From Clostridia bacterium (GTDB lineage Bacteria > Bacillota > Clostridia > UBA1381 > UBA9506): 64,000 nt of DNA. The stretch is from NCBI GenBank assembly GCA_017549205.1, contig JAFYVH010000014.1:27437-91436 (forward strand), written 5' to 3'. The notes beneath the pieces are model-generated. The model saw only the letters and a program-made list of their open reading frames with translations, ran no database searches and was not told the DNA's origin. Position numbers and translations under genes: made by a program. Below, piece by piece: positions 47,754 through 57,552 of this stretch (positions within the stretch are counted from its first letter, which is position 1; each line of letters begins with the position of its first letter).

Positions 47754-49448
47754 TTATTTTTTTATAAAACCCAGAGTTTGATAGAATGTTTTGCCTTCTT
47801 TTACGGCCTTTTGAAGCTTTTTGGCAAAAGAAGTGTTGCATGCGCAGCCCGGCATCTGATAGCGCTTGATATCCCAACGAAAAACATAGTGCAAAACAGA
47901 ATCCGAGGGCCTTTTGCTCACTTTTTTAAACATATTGCCAAAGGCCACAATATTGCTGCTGCGCGGTAATAATTTCTTTAAGCCGTCATCTAACAGCCAT
48001 GAGTCACAGGTAAAATAGTTAAACTTATGTTCAGGGAAAAACTTTTCAAAAAACTCTCTTGCAAGGGCAAAAGATACCTGACATACCTTTTTGTCCAAGG
48101 ACCCTGCCGCAGGAATATGAACATCAACTAAAGCATCGCCCTTTTTAATATTGAGAGATGGTATATCTTCTTCTGCTTTCTTCATGGCAAATTGCAGTCT
48201 GCCCAATTTAAACAGTTTAAGTTTCATATGCCATGCAAGAAATTCCGTTTCGCCTAAATAAAGCTCACCCTTTATTTCGCTCCAAATGCGACACCAACGA
48301 ACAATATCGCCAAGGGTATCCAAAAGGATATCTTCGCTAATACCTTTAGCACGGTACTCTGCCGCCACTTCTTCGCACATAAACAGGAAAGAAAGAAGAT
48401 TTCGCTTGCCATCTTTTGAAGAGATGTCGCAGTTATCAACGGTAACAGCATCTGAAACGGGAATGGTTTCTAACGCCTCATAAAATTCGGCATCAAATTC
48501 CTTGTCAAAGCCCAGTTTTTTATACCATTTTTCAATAATAGTCTTAGTTTTCGGGCAAAGTGCCGTCCAACCGCCGGCATCATCGGTTGCGGGAGAAATA
48601 TGGGTAATGGGTTCAGTTGATATGCCTAAAAACCGCATAAGGTTTTCTGAATAAAGATTTTCAAAATTTTCTTTGCTAACGCCCAGCTCGAGCATAATTT
48701 TGCTGTCTATGTCAAGCCAGTTTTTGCACCAGTCAGCACTATATGTATTGGCGCTGCAATCGGTACCAAACATAATATTATGACCCATATCATATCCAAT
48801 TGTGTACAGTTTGGTTAAAAGTTCTTTTCGATAAATTTCGGGGGTGCCCGGGGTAATATCAAAGAACATTTCTGCTGTATCATGCTGAGCAAGTGAATTT
48901 AAAAACTTGCCGTATAATGAAATACATTCATCAACCCAAGGCCATGAGCAATGACCCAAGGAAAAGCGCAAACCTTTAATGTTCATAACCACTTCCCAGT
49001 GCAAAGGTCGATTATAAACCGAGGAAACACCGCCATCCCATAAAATGCCGGAATGGAAAATAACCGGTTTGCCAAGCTTTGCAATTTCTTCTAATAAGCG
49101 AATAGATTTATCTTCATATACAAAAAAGTCGTTACAGATGATTTTAAAGGCGCAAATGCCTGCATCGGCTGCAACTTTAATATTTTCAAATACATTTTCC
49201 TCGTCAGGATGAATCCACAGAACCGGAAAAAGACGGCCCTCGTACCCCTTTGTCCAGTTTAAAACGCTTTCAAGCCGTTCTTTAAATGTACCACCCTCAT
49301 CAAAAAGGGATCCATCATTTTTGCCTAAATGAGGACAATCAGAAAAAACACACCCACCATAAACGCCGGCTTTTTGCAACCGGGCAAGAAGAAATTCCGG
49401 CTGCGGGTTGTTCCCTTCTATGTGGATGTGCATGTCATAAATCTTCAT
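47754..49448 (-). CDS. fusion protein: N-terminal amidohydrolase-type TIM-barrel metal hydrolase + C-terminal GNAT-like acyltransferase-domain region
   Basis: N-terminal half: MHIHIEG, IFHSGILWDG, SLGHCSWPW, MFGTDCS (Amidohydro_2-like). C-terminal half: VDVHIPAAGSL ... FFEKFFPEHKFNYFTCDSWLLDDGLKKLLPRSSNIVAFGNMF, which I associate with the 'acyltransferase domain-containing protein' family. Confidence 0.6.
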   Translation of the reverse strand: MKIYDMHIHIEGNNPQPEFLLARLQKAGVYGGCVFSDCPHLGKNDGSLFDEGGTFKERLESVLNWTKGYEGRLFPVLWIHPDEENVFENIKVAADAGICAFKIICNDFFVYEDKSIRLLEEIAKLGKPVIFHSGILWDGGVSSVYNRPLHWEVVMNIKGLRFSLGHCSWPWVDECISLYGKFLNSLAQHDTAEMFFDITPGTPEIYRKELLTKLYTIGYDMGHNIMFGTDCSANTYSADWCKNWLDIDSKIMLELGVSKENFENLYSENLMRFLGISTEPITHISPATDDAGGWTALCPKTKTIIEKWYKKLGFDKEFDAEFYEALETIPVSDAVTVDNCDISSKDGKRNLLSFLFMCEEVAAEYRAKGISEDILLDTLGDIVRWCRIWSEIKGELYLGETEFLAWHMKLKLFKLGRLQFAMKKAEEDIPSLNIKKGDALVDVHIPAAGSLDKKVCQVSFALAREFFEKFFPEHKFNYFTCDSWLLDDGLKKLLPRSSNIVAFGNMFKKVSKRPSDSVLHYVFRWDIKRYQMPGCACNTSFAKKLQKAVKEGKTFYQTLGFIKK

Positions 49449-49698
49449 ATATTATCACCTGAGCAATCATATTAAATGTTTGTTTTATTGTATCATAATG
49501 GCAATTTCTTGTCAACCTTATAACAGCCTGTTTGTGTGTATGCGCAAATATTTTTCTTTGAATTAACTTTACTTTTTTTGCATATACTGAATCATATCTG
49601 CTTCTTTATAATCTTCTGTTTATGTTGACAAATATTCTTTTTTTGATTACAATGAATAGAAAGACAGTTTTAATTTTGCAATGTCAGGAGGACTTAAC

Positions 49699-50280
49699 AT
49701 GAAAATTTGTGTATTTGGTGCGGCAAGCAATAAAATTGAAAAATCATACATTTTAGCTGCTGAAAAATTAGGCGAACGCATGGCAGAACGCGGACATACC
49801 TTGGTCTTTGGTGCAGGGGCACACGGCATGATGGGTGCCAGTGCCAGAGGTGCTTACCGTAAAGGCGGTGAAATCATCGGCGTTATCCCCTCTTTTTTTA
49901 AAGAGGAGTCCATTGAAGAAATTTATGAAAACTGCACCGAGCTGATTTATACCGAAACCATGGCAGAGCGCAAAAGCAAAATGGAAGATTTGGCGGATGC
50001 GTTTATTATTCTGCCGGGCGGCATTGGAACCTTTGAAGAATTTTTTCAGGTGCTCACTTTAAAGCAGCTGGGTCGCCACACAAAGCCCATTGCCATTTAT
50101 AACATCAACAATTATTACAGTCATATGGAAAAAATGCTTGAAAACGCTGTAACAGAGGCGTTTCTCTCCTCTGATGGCAAAGATTTATATTATTATGACA
50201 CCAATGAAGAAGAGCTACTTGTTCACATTGAAAGCGATACCAATGAAAAAAAGGATGTTCACGATTTAAAATTTGGTTGA
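49699..50280 (+). CDS. LOG-family protein (TIGR00730-type nucleotide phosphoribohydrolase)
   Basis: VFGAGAHGMMGA and PGGIGTFEEF motifs. AGGAGG RBS before MKICVFG. Confidence 0.85.
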   Translation: MKICVFGAASNKIEKSYILAAEKLGERMAERGHTLVFGAGAHGMMGASARGAYRKGGEIIGVIPSFFKEESIEEIYENCTELIYTETMAERKSKMEDLADAFIILPGGIGTFEEFFQVLTLKQLGRHTKPIAIYNINNYYSHMEKMLENAVTEAFLSSDGKDLYYYDTNEEELLVHIESDTNEKKDVHDLKFG

Positions 50281-50302
50281 TGAAATCAATCAATAATATA
50301 AC

Positions 50303-50341
50303 AAAAAACGGCGACTGCAAATGCAGTCGCCGTTTGTTTTT
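50303..50341. terminator. bidirectional rho-independent terminator (LOG gene / PFOR)
   Basis: AAACGGCGACTGCA / TGCAGTCGCCGTTT stem with flanking A-runs and T-runs. Confidence 0.88.
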
Positions 50342-50345
50342 GCAA

Positions 50346-53300
50346 TTAGCTTAAGGAAGCCATATTCTTGTAAACCTCATAGCGTTCCATTAAGTCTTTC
50401 TCAGCCTTTGTGAAGAGTTCCTCTGCAATTTCAGGGAAAGCTTGCTTCAGTCTGATATAACGGTTTTCACCCTCTAAGAAGCCCTTGATGTCGCCAGTGG
50501 GTTCTTTAGAATCCAGAACGAAGGGATTCTTGCCCTCATCCTTAAGGGTGGGATTGTATCTCCACAGATGCCAGTAACCAGCCTCAACAGCTTTCTTTTC
50601 TTCGCTGATGGTGTTGTTCATGCCGGCTTTGATACCATGGTTGATACAGGGAGCATAAGCAATTACGATAGAAGGTCCGGGATAAGCTTCAGCTTCACGA
50701 ATGGCCTTTAATGCCTGATTCATGTTAGCACCCAGAGCAATCTGTGCAACATACACATAGCCGTAGGTGGTAGCAATCATACCCAGGTCTTTCTTCTTAA
50801 CCTTTTTACCGGAAGCAGCAAACTTAGCGATTGCAGCTGTAGGTGTAGCCTTTGAGGACTGACCGCCGGTGTTGGAATAAACTTCGGTATCAACAACAAA
50901 GATGTTGATGTCTTCGCCGGAAGCTAAAACATGGTCTAAGCCGCCGTAACCGATGTCATATGCCCAACCGTCGCCGCCGAATGCCCAATGAGAACGCTTA
51001 ACAAGGAAGTCTGTTCTCTCAGCAATGTCAGCAAGGGGTGCTTTAGAGGTGTCAGCTTTTGCCAAAGCTTCACAAACCTTTGCAGATGCAACCTTGGAAG
51101 CTTCACCATCGTTCATGCCTTCAATCCATTCATTGAATGCAGCTGCTAAATCAGCAGAAACGCCGGCAGCAATAGCTTCTTCCATCTTGTCTTTCAAGGT
51201 GTTGCGAATCTTCTTGGAAGCAAGAGCCATACCCAAACCAAATTCCGCATTATCCTCAAACAAAGAGTTAGCCCAAGCAGGACCCTGACCCTTAGCGTTT
51301 GTGGTATACGGTGTGCTGGGAGCAGAACCACCCCAGATAGAAGTACAACCTGTTGCATTGGCAATCATCATTCTGTCACCAAACAACTGTGTGATTAACT
51401 TGATATAAGGTGTTTCACCGCAGCCTGCGCAAGCGCCGGAGAACTCTAAGAGGGGCTGTGCAAACTGTGAGCCCTTAATGGTGGATTTATCCATCAGATT
51501 ATCTCTGTATTCCAATGTGCTTGTATAATCCCAGTTAGCAGCTTCTTTTTCTACCATGCCGTCAACGGGCTTGAGTGTAAGAGCTTTTTCCTTAGCAGGA
51601 CAGGTCTGAACGCAAACGCCGCAACCTGTGCAGTCCTTCGGAGAAACCTGCAGACGGAATTTAAGACCCTTAAGCTGAGGACCAACTGCATCTAATGTGG
51701 TGAAGCCTTCCGGTGCATTTGCAGCTTCTTCATCGGTTAACAAGAACGGACGAATGGTTGCATGGGGGCAAACCAGTGAGCACTGGTTACACTGAATGCA
51801 GTTTTCAGGAATCCACTGGGGAACATTGATTGCAATAGTTCTCTTTTCATATTGAGCGGTGCCCTGTTCAAAGGTACCGTCTTCAATGCCAACAAATGCG
51901 CTAACGGGCAGTTTGTTACCCTTTTGTGCGTTAACGGGGTCAGCAATCTTCTTAACAAAGTCAGGACGGTTTGCATCTTCAGCTACAGCATCGTCAGCTG
52001 CATTCTTCCAGGAAGCAGGAACATCAATCTTAACGATTGCGTCGAGAGCCAAATCAACAGCCTGGCAGTTCATGTCAACAATCTTCTGACCTTTCTTGCC
52101 ATAGGTTCTGTTGATAGCATCCTTTAAGAGGGGAACAGCTTCTTCGATGGGAAGAACATTAGCCAGCTTAAAGAAGGCTGCCTGAGTTACCATGTTGATT
52201 CTGCCACCCAAACCGATTTCAGAAGCAATCTTCACGGCATTAATGGTGTAGAAGTCAATGTTGTTTTCAGCGATGTAACGCTTCATGCTGCCGGGGAGCT
52301 TGTCCTCTAACTCTTCAGGAGACCATACGCAGTTTAAGAGGAAGGTACCACCCTGCTTCAAACCTTCTAATACATCATACTGATATACATAAGAGGGTTT
52401 GTGGCAAGCAATGTAGTCAGTCTCGTCTAACAGATAGGTAGACTTGATGGGCTTTTTACCAAAGCGCAAGTGAGACATGGTTACGCCGCCGGACTTTTTA
52501 GAGTCATAATCAAAATATGCCTGTGCATACAGGTCAGTGTTGTCACCGATAATTTTGATAGCATCTTTGTTAGCACCAACAGTACCGTCAGAACCGAAGC
52601 CCCAGAATTTGCAACGAGTTGTGCCTTCGGGAGCTGCGTTGATAGTAGCACCGCTTGCAAGTGACAGATTGGTCACATCGTCCACGATGCTGATGGTGAA
52701 GTTGTTCTTGGGAACATCTTGTGCCAGATTATCATAAACAGCTGCAATGTGTGTCGGTGTGGTGTCTTTAGAACCCAGACCATAACGGCCGCCAACGATA
52801 ACGGGGGCATTTTCTTTGCCGTAGAACAGGTTGCATACATCAAGATACAGAGGCTCGCCAATGCAACCGGGCTCTTTGGTTCTGTCTAAAACTGCAATTT
52901 TCTTAACAGTCTTGGGCAGTACATCAAAGAAGTATTTAGCAGAGAACGGACGATACAGGTGAACCTTAATAACGCCCACTTTTCTGCCACGAGCATTCAA
53001 ATAATCAACGGTCTCTTCAATAGCTTCACAAGCAGAACCCATTGCAACAATGATTTCTTCAGCATCAGCTGCACCATAGTAGTTAAAGGGTTTATATTCA
53101 CGACCAGTGATTTTAGAAATTTCTTTCATGTAGTCATTCACTACATCGGGAATAGCATCATAGAACTTGTTGGCTGCTTCTCTGCCCTGGAAGTAAATAT
53201 CAGGGTTTTGAGCGGTACCGCGCAGAACAGGATGTTCCGGATTGAGTGCACGGTCTTTAAACTCTTTTAATGCCTTGCGGTCTAAGAGTTTTGCCAAATC

Positions 53301-53867
53301 TTCATAGTCCATAACTTCAATTTTCTGCACTTCGTGAGAAGTACGGAAACCATCGAAGAAATGCAGGAAAGGAACACGGCCGCGGATAGCTGCTAAGTGA
53401 GCCACGCCACCTAAGTCCATAACTTCCTGTACACTGCCGGAAGCCAGCATGGCAAAACCGGTCTGACGGCAAGCCATAACATCCTGATGGTCACCGAAGA
53501 TAGAAAGCGCATGAGCAGCAATGGCTCTGGCACTTACATGGAAAACAGCAGGCAGTAATTCACCTGCAATTTTGTACATGTTGGGGATCATGAGCAGAAG
53601 ACCCTGTGAAGCGGTGAATGTGCTTGTTAAAGCACCGCCCTGCAGAGAGCCGTGAACGGCACCGGCAGCACCGGCTTCAGACTGCATTTCGCAAACATCT
53701 ACTGTTTGGCCAAAGATGTTCTTTTGGCCTTTTGCGCTCCACTCATCCACATATTCAGCCATTGTGGAAGAAGGAGTGATGGGATAGATGGAGGCAACTT
53801 CTGAAAACGCATACGCGCAATGTGCGGCAGCGCAGTTACCATCCATGGTTTTCATTTTTTTCGCCAT
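50346..53867 (-). CDS. nifJ: pyruvate:ferredoxin (flavodoxin) oxidoreductase
   Basis: 1173-aa single-chain PFOR. Two ferredoxin motifs (CIQCNQCSLVCP, CTGCGVCVQTCP) and the TPP motif GGDGWAYDIGYGG. Confidence 0.95.
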   Translation of the reverse strand: MAKKMKTMDGNCAAAHCAYAFSEVASIYPITPSSTMAEYVDEWSAKGQKNIFGQTVDVCEMQSEAGAAGAVHGSLQGGALTSTFTASQGLLLMIPNMYKIAGELLPAVFHVSARAIAAHALSIFGDHQDVMACRQTGFAMLASGSVQEVMDLGGVAHLAAIRGRVPFLHFFDGFRTSHEVQKIEVMDYEDLAKLLDRKALKEFKDRALNPEHPVLRGTAQNPDIYFQGREAANKFYDAIPDVVNDYMKEISKITGREYKPFNYYGAADAEEIIVAMGSACEAIEETVDYLNARGRKVGVIKVHLYRPFSAKYFFDVLPKTVKKIAVLDRTKEPGCIGEPLYLDVCNLFYGKENAPVIVGGRYGLGSKDTTPTHIAAVYDNLAQDVPKNNFTISIVDDVTNLSLASGATINAAPEGTTRCKFWGFGSDGTVGANKDAIKIIGDNTDLYAQAYFDYDSKKSGGVTMSHLRFGKKPIKSTYLLDETDYIACHKPSYVYQYDVLEGLKQGGTFLLNCVWSPEELEDKLPGSMKRYIAENNIDFYTINAVKIASEIGLGGRINMVTQAAFFKLANVLPIEEAVPLLKDAINRTYGKKGQKIVDMNCQAVDLALDAIVKIDVPASWKNAADDAVAEDANRPDFVKKIADPVNAQKGNKLPVSAFVGIEDGTFEQGTAQYEKRTIAINVPQWIPENCIQCNQCSLVCPHATIRPFLLTDEEAANAPEGFTTLDAVGPQLKGLKFRLQVSPKDCTGCGVCVQTCPAKEKALTLKPVDGMVEKEAANWDYTSTLEYRDNLMDKSTIKGSQFAQPLLEFSGACAGCGETPYIKLITQLFGDRMMIANATGCTSIWGGSAPSTPYTTNAKGQGPAWANSLFEDNAEFGLGMALASKKIRNTLKDKMEEAIAAGVSADLAAAFNEWIEGMNDGEASKVASAKVCEALAKADTSKAPLADIAERTDFLVKRSHWAFGGDGWAYDIGYGGLDHVLASGEDINIFVVDTEVYSNTGGQSSKATPTAAIAKFAASGKKVKKKDLGMIATTYGYVYVAQIALGANMNQALKAIREAEAYPGPSIVIAYAPCINHGIKAGMNNTISEEKKAVEAGYWHLWRYNPTLKDEGKNPFVLDSKEPTGDIKGFLEGENRYIRLKQAFPEIAEELFTKAEKDLMERYEVYKNMASLS

Positions 53868-53925
53868 TTGGAATCCTCCTTATATTTATTTGTTATAGTT
53901 AACTTAATAAATGAACAACATTTAC

Positions 53926-53954
53926 ATTATAACATATAATACAGCAAAATTCAA
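53926..53954 (-). promoter_or_regulatory. sigma-A type promoter of the PFOR gene
   Basis: On the - strand: TTGAAT (53954-53949), 17-nt spacer, TGTTATAAT (extended -10; TATAAT 53931-53926). Confidence 0.65.
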
Positions 53955-54032
53955 ACAAATTTTAAAAAAACTAAAAATAAGAATTTCTTGTTTCATCTCA
54001 TGGCATAAAACATGAATTTAAAACAAATGGCC

Positions 54033-54995
54033 TCATTCGTGTTGACTTGCCAGCACCTTGCAGACCTCTTGTGTGGTCTTGACAAACACACCCATGGCGT
54101 TGCTCACATACCGATGTTTTTTATGGCCGATATAAAGCTCTCTTGTGGCCAAGGGGTTGTCCAACTTAAAGAAAACAAGATCCTCCCCTGCCGGTGCAAA
54201 CCGCACCAGCATATCCGGCACAAAGGCAACACCCATGCCCGAGCGGGACATGTTATAGGTGGTCATCATTTGGTCTAAATATAATACATTTTGTGGCTGA
54301 ATGCCATAGGCCTGGCAAATGCCCTTGCCGCGAAAACGCATATCGTTACCCAGCTTCATTAAAAGAAAGCGGGCATCAGCAAGCACACTCAAGTTAAACG
54401 CGGGAAATTGCGGGTCTAAATGTTTATTCCAAAGAATGTCCTCTGTGGATAAGCCATCCCGAATGATGTTCTTTTCCCGTGCCAGCGCTTTGGGAACAGC
54501 CAAAAGAATATGTTCTTCTAAAAGAGGATAGCTGGTGTAGAGCTTTTCATCAAAGTCATAATCCAGCAAAAGCTCAATTTTTTCACCCAACAAAAGCTCC
54601 TGAAGGCTTGTGGAGTTAGACTCCACAAGCTCAATTTGAATGTCAGGATACTCTTTTATGAATTCAATGATGATTTTGGGCAAAACAAAAGAAGAAATAA
54701 AGTTTGCCGCACTGACAGTGACATGACCTCTGCGCAGGTCGTTGGTGTCTAAAACATAATTTTCAAAATTATATTTGATTTTGTGAATGTCTTCAACGGC
54801 CTTGATGTATGCCTCACCTGCATCTGTGAGCCGCAAGGGATTGGCCTGACGGTCAAACAGCTTGACACCCAGCTCAGATTCCAGTTTTTTTACCGTAGCG
54901 GAAAGAGCCGGCTGAGAAATAAACAAATTTTTTGCTGCCGCCGTAAAGCTTTTTTCTTTATAAATCTCATAGATATAGTCAGCATACTTAAACAT
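54033..54995 (-). CDS. LysR-family transcriptional regulator
   Basis: N-terminal wHTH FTAAAKNLFISQPALSATVKKLESELGVKLF plus a ~200-aa substrate-binding domain. Start at MFKYADY (GGGAGA RBS). Confidence 0.88.
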   Translation of the reverse strand: MFKYADYIYEIYKEKSFTAAAKNLFISQPALSATVKKLESELGVKLFDRQANPLRLTDAGEAYIKAVEDIHKIKYNFENYVLDTNDLRRGHVTVSAANFISSFVLPKIIIEFIKEYPDIQIELVESNSTSLQELLLGEKIELLLDYDFDEKLYTSYPLLEEHILLAVPKALAREKNIIRDGLSTEDILWNKHLDPQFPAFNLSVLADARFLLMKLGNDMRFRGKGICQAYGIQPQNVLYLDQMMTTYNMSRSGMGVAFVPDMLVRFAPAGEDLVFFKLDNPLATRELYIGHKKHRYVSNAMGVFVKTTQEVCKVLASQHE

Positions 54996-55058
54996 TACGC
55001 ATCTCCCGGATTCCTTTAACAGAATCAACCATTTGTTTTTTGGGCACTTCTGTTTGAA

Positions 55059-56096
55059 TTAGTTTTGAGGGGGCTTGTAGCCTTCCTTGGTCATATTGGC
55101 TGCATAGCTCTTTTTAATTTCACATTCAAATTCAGTTTCGCCATTCTGCCATTTTTTAATTTCATCAATCAGCTTTAAGGTTACATATTCACCACGGTCA
55201 ACAGTGGGGCCACCAATGTGAGGCAGACAGATAACATTTTCCATGGTGAGAAGCGGTGAATCAGCCGGCAGAGGCTCGGTTTCGAAAACATCAAGTGCTG
55301 CATAGATTCGGCCTGTCTGCAGTTCTCTGATGAGGGCTTCTTCATCCACAATGGCACCTCTTGCTGTGTTAACCAGCAGCGCACCGTCCTGCATCTTCTT
55401 TAAATGCTTTTCCTGAATCATGTGATATGTCTTTTCATTCAAGCCGGAATGGAGAGAGATAATATCACATGTTTCAAAAATTTCATCCAAAGTGGCAACA
55501 GTTGCGCCATATTTGGCAGCCTCTTCCTCGGTAATGTGACCGGAATAAATTTTCTTCTTCACATGGAAGGGCTCCAACATTTTCAGGAAATATTTGGAAA
55601 TCATACCATAGCCAACGATACCGATGGTTCTGTCCATGATACCCTTTTCTGCATCTTCATCACCGGTTCTCCAGGGACGTTCCGGGGTCATGAAGAAATG
55701 TCTTAAGTTACGCAGAGAGCACATGATGTAGCACAGTGTGCACTCAGCAACGGATTCAGCAAACACAGTATTACCGCTTAACAGCAGAATACCTTTTTCA
55801 TAAATCGCATCGGATACTAAGGATGCTACACTACCGGCAGCATAAGCAATAATCTTTAAGCGATTTGCCTTTGACAGCACTTCTTCATCGAATCGAAGGG
55901 TACCCCATGATGCAACAGCAACATCGATGTCTACCAAAGCATCGCGGAGCTCTTCCGGTGTGTAGGGTCTGTCCAGTTCGTTGTAGACCACGTCACCTAA
56001 TTCGTGCATTTCTTTCAGAACTCTGTCAGTCAGAAAGCGTCTCCACACGTCGGCATGGCATTTGGGTACTGTGACTAAAATTCTTAAGCGTTCCAT
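55059..56096 (-). CDS. D-isomer-specific 2-hydroxyacid dehydrogenase family protein
   Basis: NAD-binding IGIVGYGMISK, the NTARG motif and the C-terminal LPHIGG motif. Confidence 0.85.
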   Translation of the reverse strand: MERLRILVTVPKCHADVWRRFLTDRVLKEMHELGDVVYNELDRPYTPEELRDALVDIDVAVASWGTLRFDEEVLSKANRLKIIAYAAGSVASLVSDAIYEKGILLLSGNTVFAESVAECTLCYIMCSLRNLRHFFMTPERPWRTGDEDAEKGIMDRTIGIVGYGMISKYFLKMLEPFHVKKKIYSGHITEEEAAKYGATVATLDEIFETCDIISLHSGLNEKTYHMIQEKHLKKMQDGALLVNTARGAIVDEEALIRELQTGRIYAALDVFETEPLPADSPLLTMENVICLPHIGGPTVDRGEYVTLKLIDEIKKWQNGETEFECEIKKSYAANMTKEGYKPPQN

Positions 56097-56219
56097 AAAA
56101 ATACCTCCTGTTTTTATGTAAAAAATTAAAATGACTCGTTTCGTGGTTTTTACACCACTTTTACATTATCCAAAGACGTAACATCTCATATGTTTTTATC
56201 AATTGAAACGCGCCTTGGC

Positions 56220-56234
56220 ATAAGTATTACTTAT
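56220..56234. promoter_or_regulatory. candidate LysR-type operator (T-N11-A dyad)
   Basis: Perfect 15-bp palindrome ATAAGTA-T-TACTTAT containing T-N11-A. Centred about 69 bp upstream of a putative transcription start for the 2-hydroxyacid dehydrogenase gene. Flanked by two copies of ATGTTTTTATCA (56190-56201 and 56236-56247). Confidence 0.5.
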
Positions 56235-56332
56235 CATGTTTTTATCATACCATAAAACATATGGATAATCAAGGTAAAAAAGCAATTTTTTTGCATATTT
56301 TAGCCTTTTTTTATACAAAAAAATGATGGGGG

Positions 56333-57430
56333 CTATAAGCAGATAAACATAACCACGAAAAGTATCGACAAAATGCCGAAATTATAAATAGAATAGTGGA
56401 TTATGTAACCCTTGGCCCGGCCCGGTTCATAACGCAAATATTCTTTAAACGTAATGAGACTGGCCAGCGATGCAATCAAGGTTCCGGCACCGCCAATGTT
56501 AACTGCCACCAAGAGTTCTCTGTAATTCTGTGTAAATTTAGAAAGCAGCACCGCACTGGGCACATTGCTGATCACCTGACAGGACAAAACACCCCAAAGG
56601 AGCGTCTGTTTTTCCATCAGCGCACCTAAAAAGTTGCACACAGCCGGAATTCTTGACAGGTTCCCTGAAAAAATGAAGAATGCGCAAAAGGTAATTAAAA
56701 GCGGATAGTCAACATCTTTCAGGGCCTTTCTGTCTAAAAATATAAGCGCCACAGGAATGACAATCAATCCCCAGTAAAACGGAATGACTCGAAAGACAAT
56801 AAAGATTGAAAAAGCAAACAACACTAAGTAGACCGCTGCCCGCCAGCCACTCATTTTTTTGTAGCATCCTTCAACCAGTTCCAAGGGCTCCTTGGGTATA
56901 ATAAGGAGACAGCACATGGTGATTAACACAATCGCAATAACAAAGGGCAACAGCATAATGCCCATAAACTCGGCTGTATCAATAGAATAAAAAGAATATA
57001 AGTACAGGTTTTGCGGATTGCCAAAAGGCGTTATCATGCCACCTAAATTGGCAGCAACGGTCTGCATAATAAAAACAAACCGCAAAAGTTCCATTTTTCT
57101 TGTGCTGCTTAAAACAAAATAGCCCAATGGCAAAAAAGTTAAAAGAGCCATATCATTGGCAATGAGCATAGAGCCTAAAAAAGTAATGTATACCAAAGCC
57201 AGCACCACGGCGCGGCTGTTTTTAAATAAGCACACAATGTTATAGGCAACAATGCGGAAAAAATAAATATTTTTCAGGGCACAAACCACTGCCAGTGTAC
57301 AAAACAGACAAGTGAGGGTTTTAAAGTCAAAATATGAAAGATATTGCTTGTCAAAGGGGACAAACAGACAAGTTATGGCCGCAGCCAGCAGGGCAATATA
57401 CATAACTAGATTTTTTTTGATGTGACGCAC
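56333..57430 (-). CDS. ArsB/NhaD-superfamily (citrate-transporter-like) anion permease
   Basis: 365 aa with about 10 hydrophobic segments. The ANLGGMITPFGNPQNL and VNIGGAGTLIASLA repeat motifs are typical of this permease superfamily. GTG start with a GGAGG RBS. Confidence 0.65.
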   Translation of the reverse strand: MRHIKKNLVMYIALLAAAITCLFVPFDKQYLSYFDFKTLTCLFCTLAVVCALKNIYFFRIVAYNIVCLFKNSRAVVLALVYITFLGSMLIANDMALLTFLPLGYFVLSSTRKMELLRFVFIMQTVAANLGGMITPFGNPQNLYLYSFYSIDTAEFMGIMLLPFVIAIVLITMCCLLIIPKEPLELVEGCYKKMSGWRAAVYLVLFAFSIFIVFRVIPFYWGLIVIPVALIFLDRKALKDVDYPLLITFCAFFIFSGNLSRIPAVCNFLGALMEKQTLLWGVLSCQVISNVPSAVLLSKFTQNYRELLVAVNIGGAGTLIASLASLITFKEYLRYEPGRAKGYIIHYSIYNFGILSILFVVMFICL

Positions 57431-57472
57431 CGGTTTTGCCTCCGTTTTCTTTATTAAAACTTCATCTGTTAA

Positions 57473-57501
57473 ATTATATCGCCACGGAGAAAGGGTGTCA
57501 A
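57473..57501 (-). promoter_or_regulatory. consensus sigma-A promoter of the permease gene
   Basis: On the - strand: TTGACA (57501-57496), 17-nt spacer, TATAAT (57478-57473). Confidence 0.75.
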
Positions 57502-57552
57502 CCAGTTTTTCGATAAATTTTGCGAAAAAACTATTTCGCTGCCTATGATTTT

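Noticed and set aside
51025-53270. Multiple 62-103-aa ORFs on both strands inside the PFOR gene.
   Set aside because: They all lie within the 1173-aa nifJ reading frame or antisense to it.
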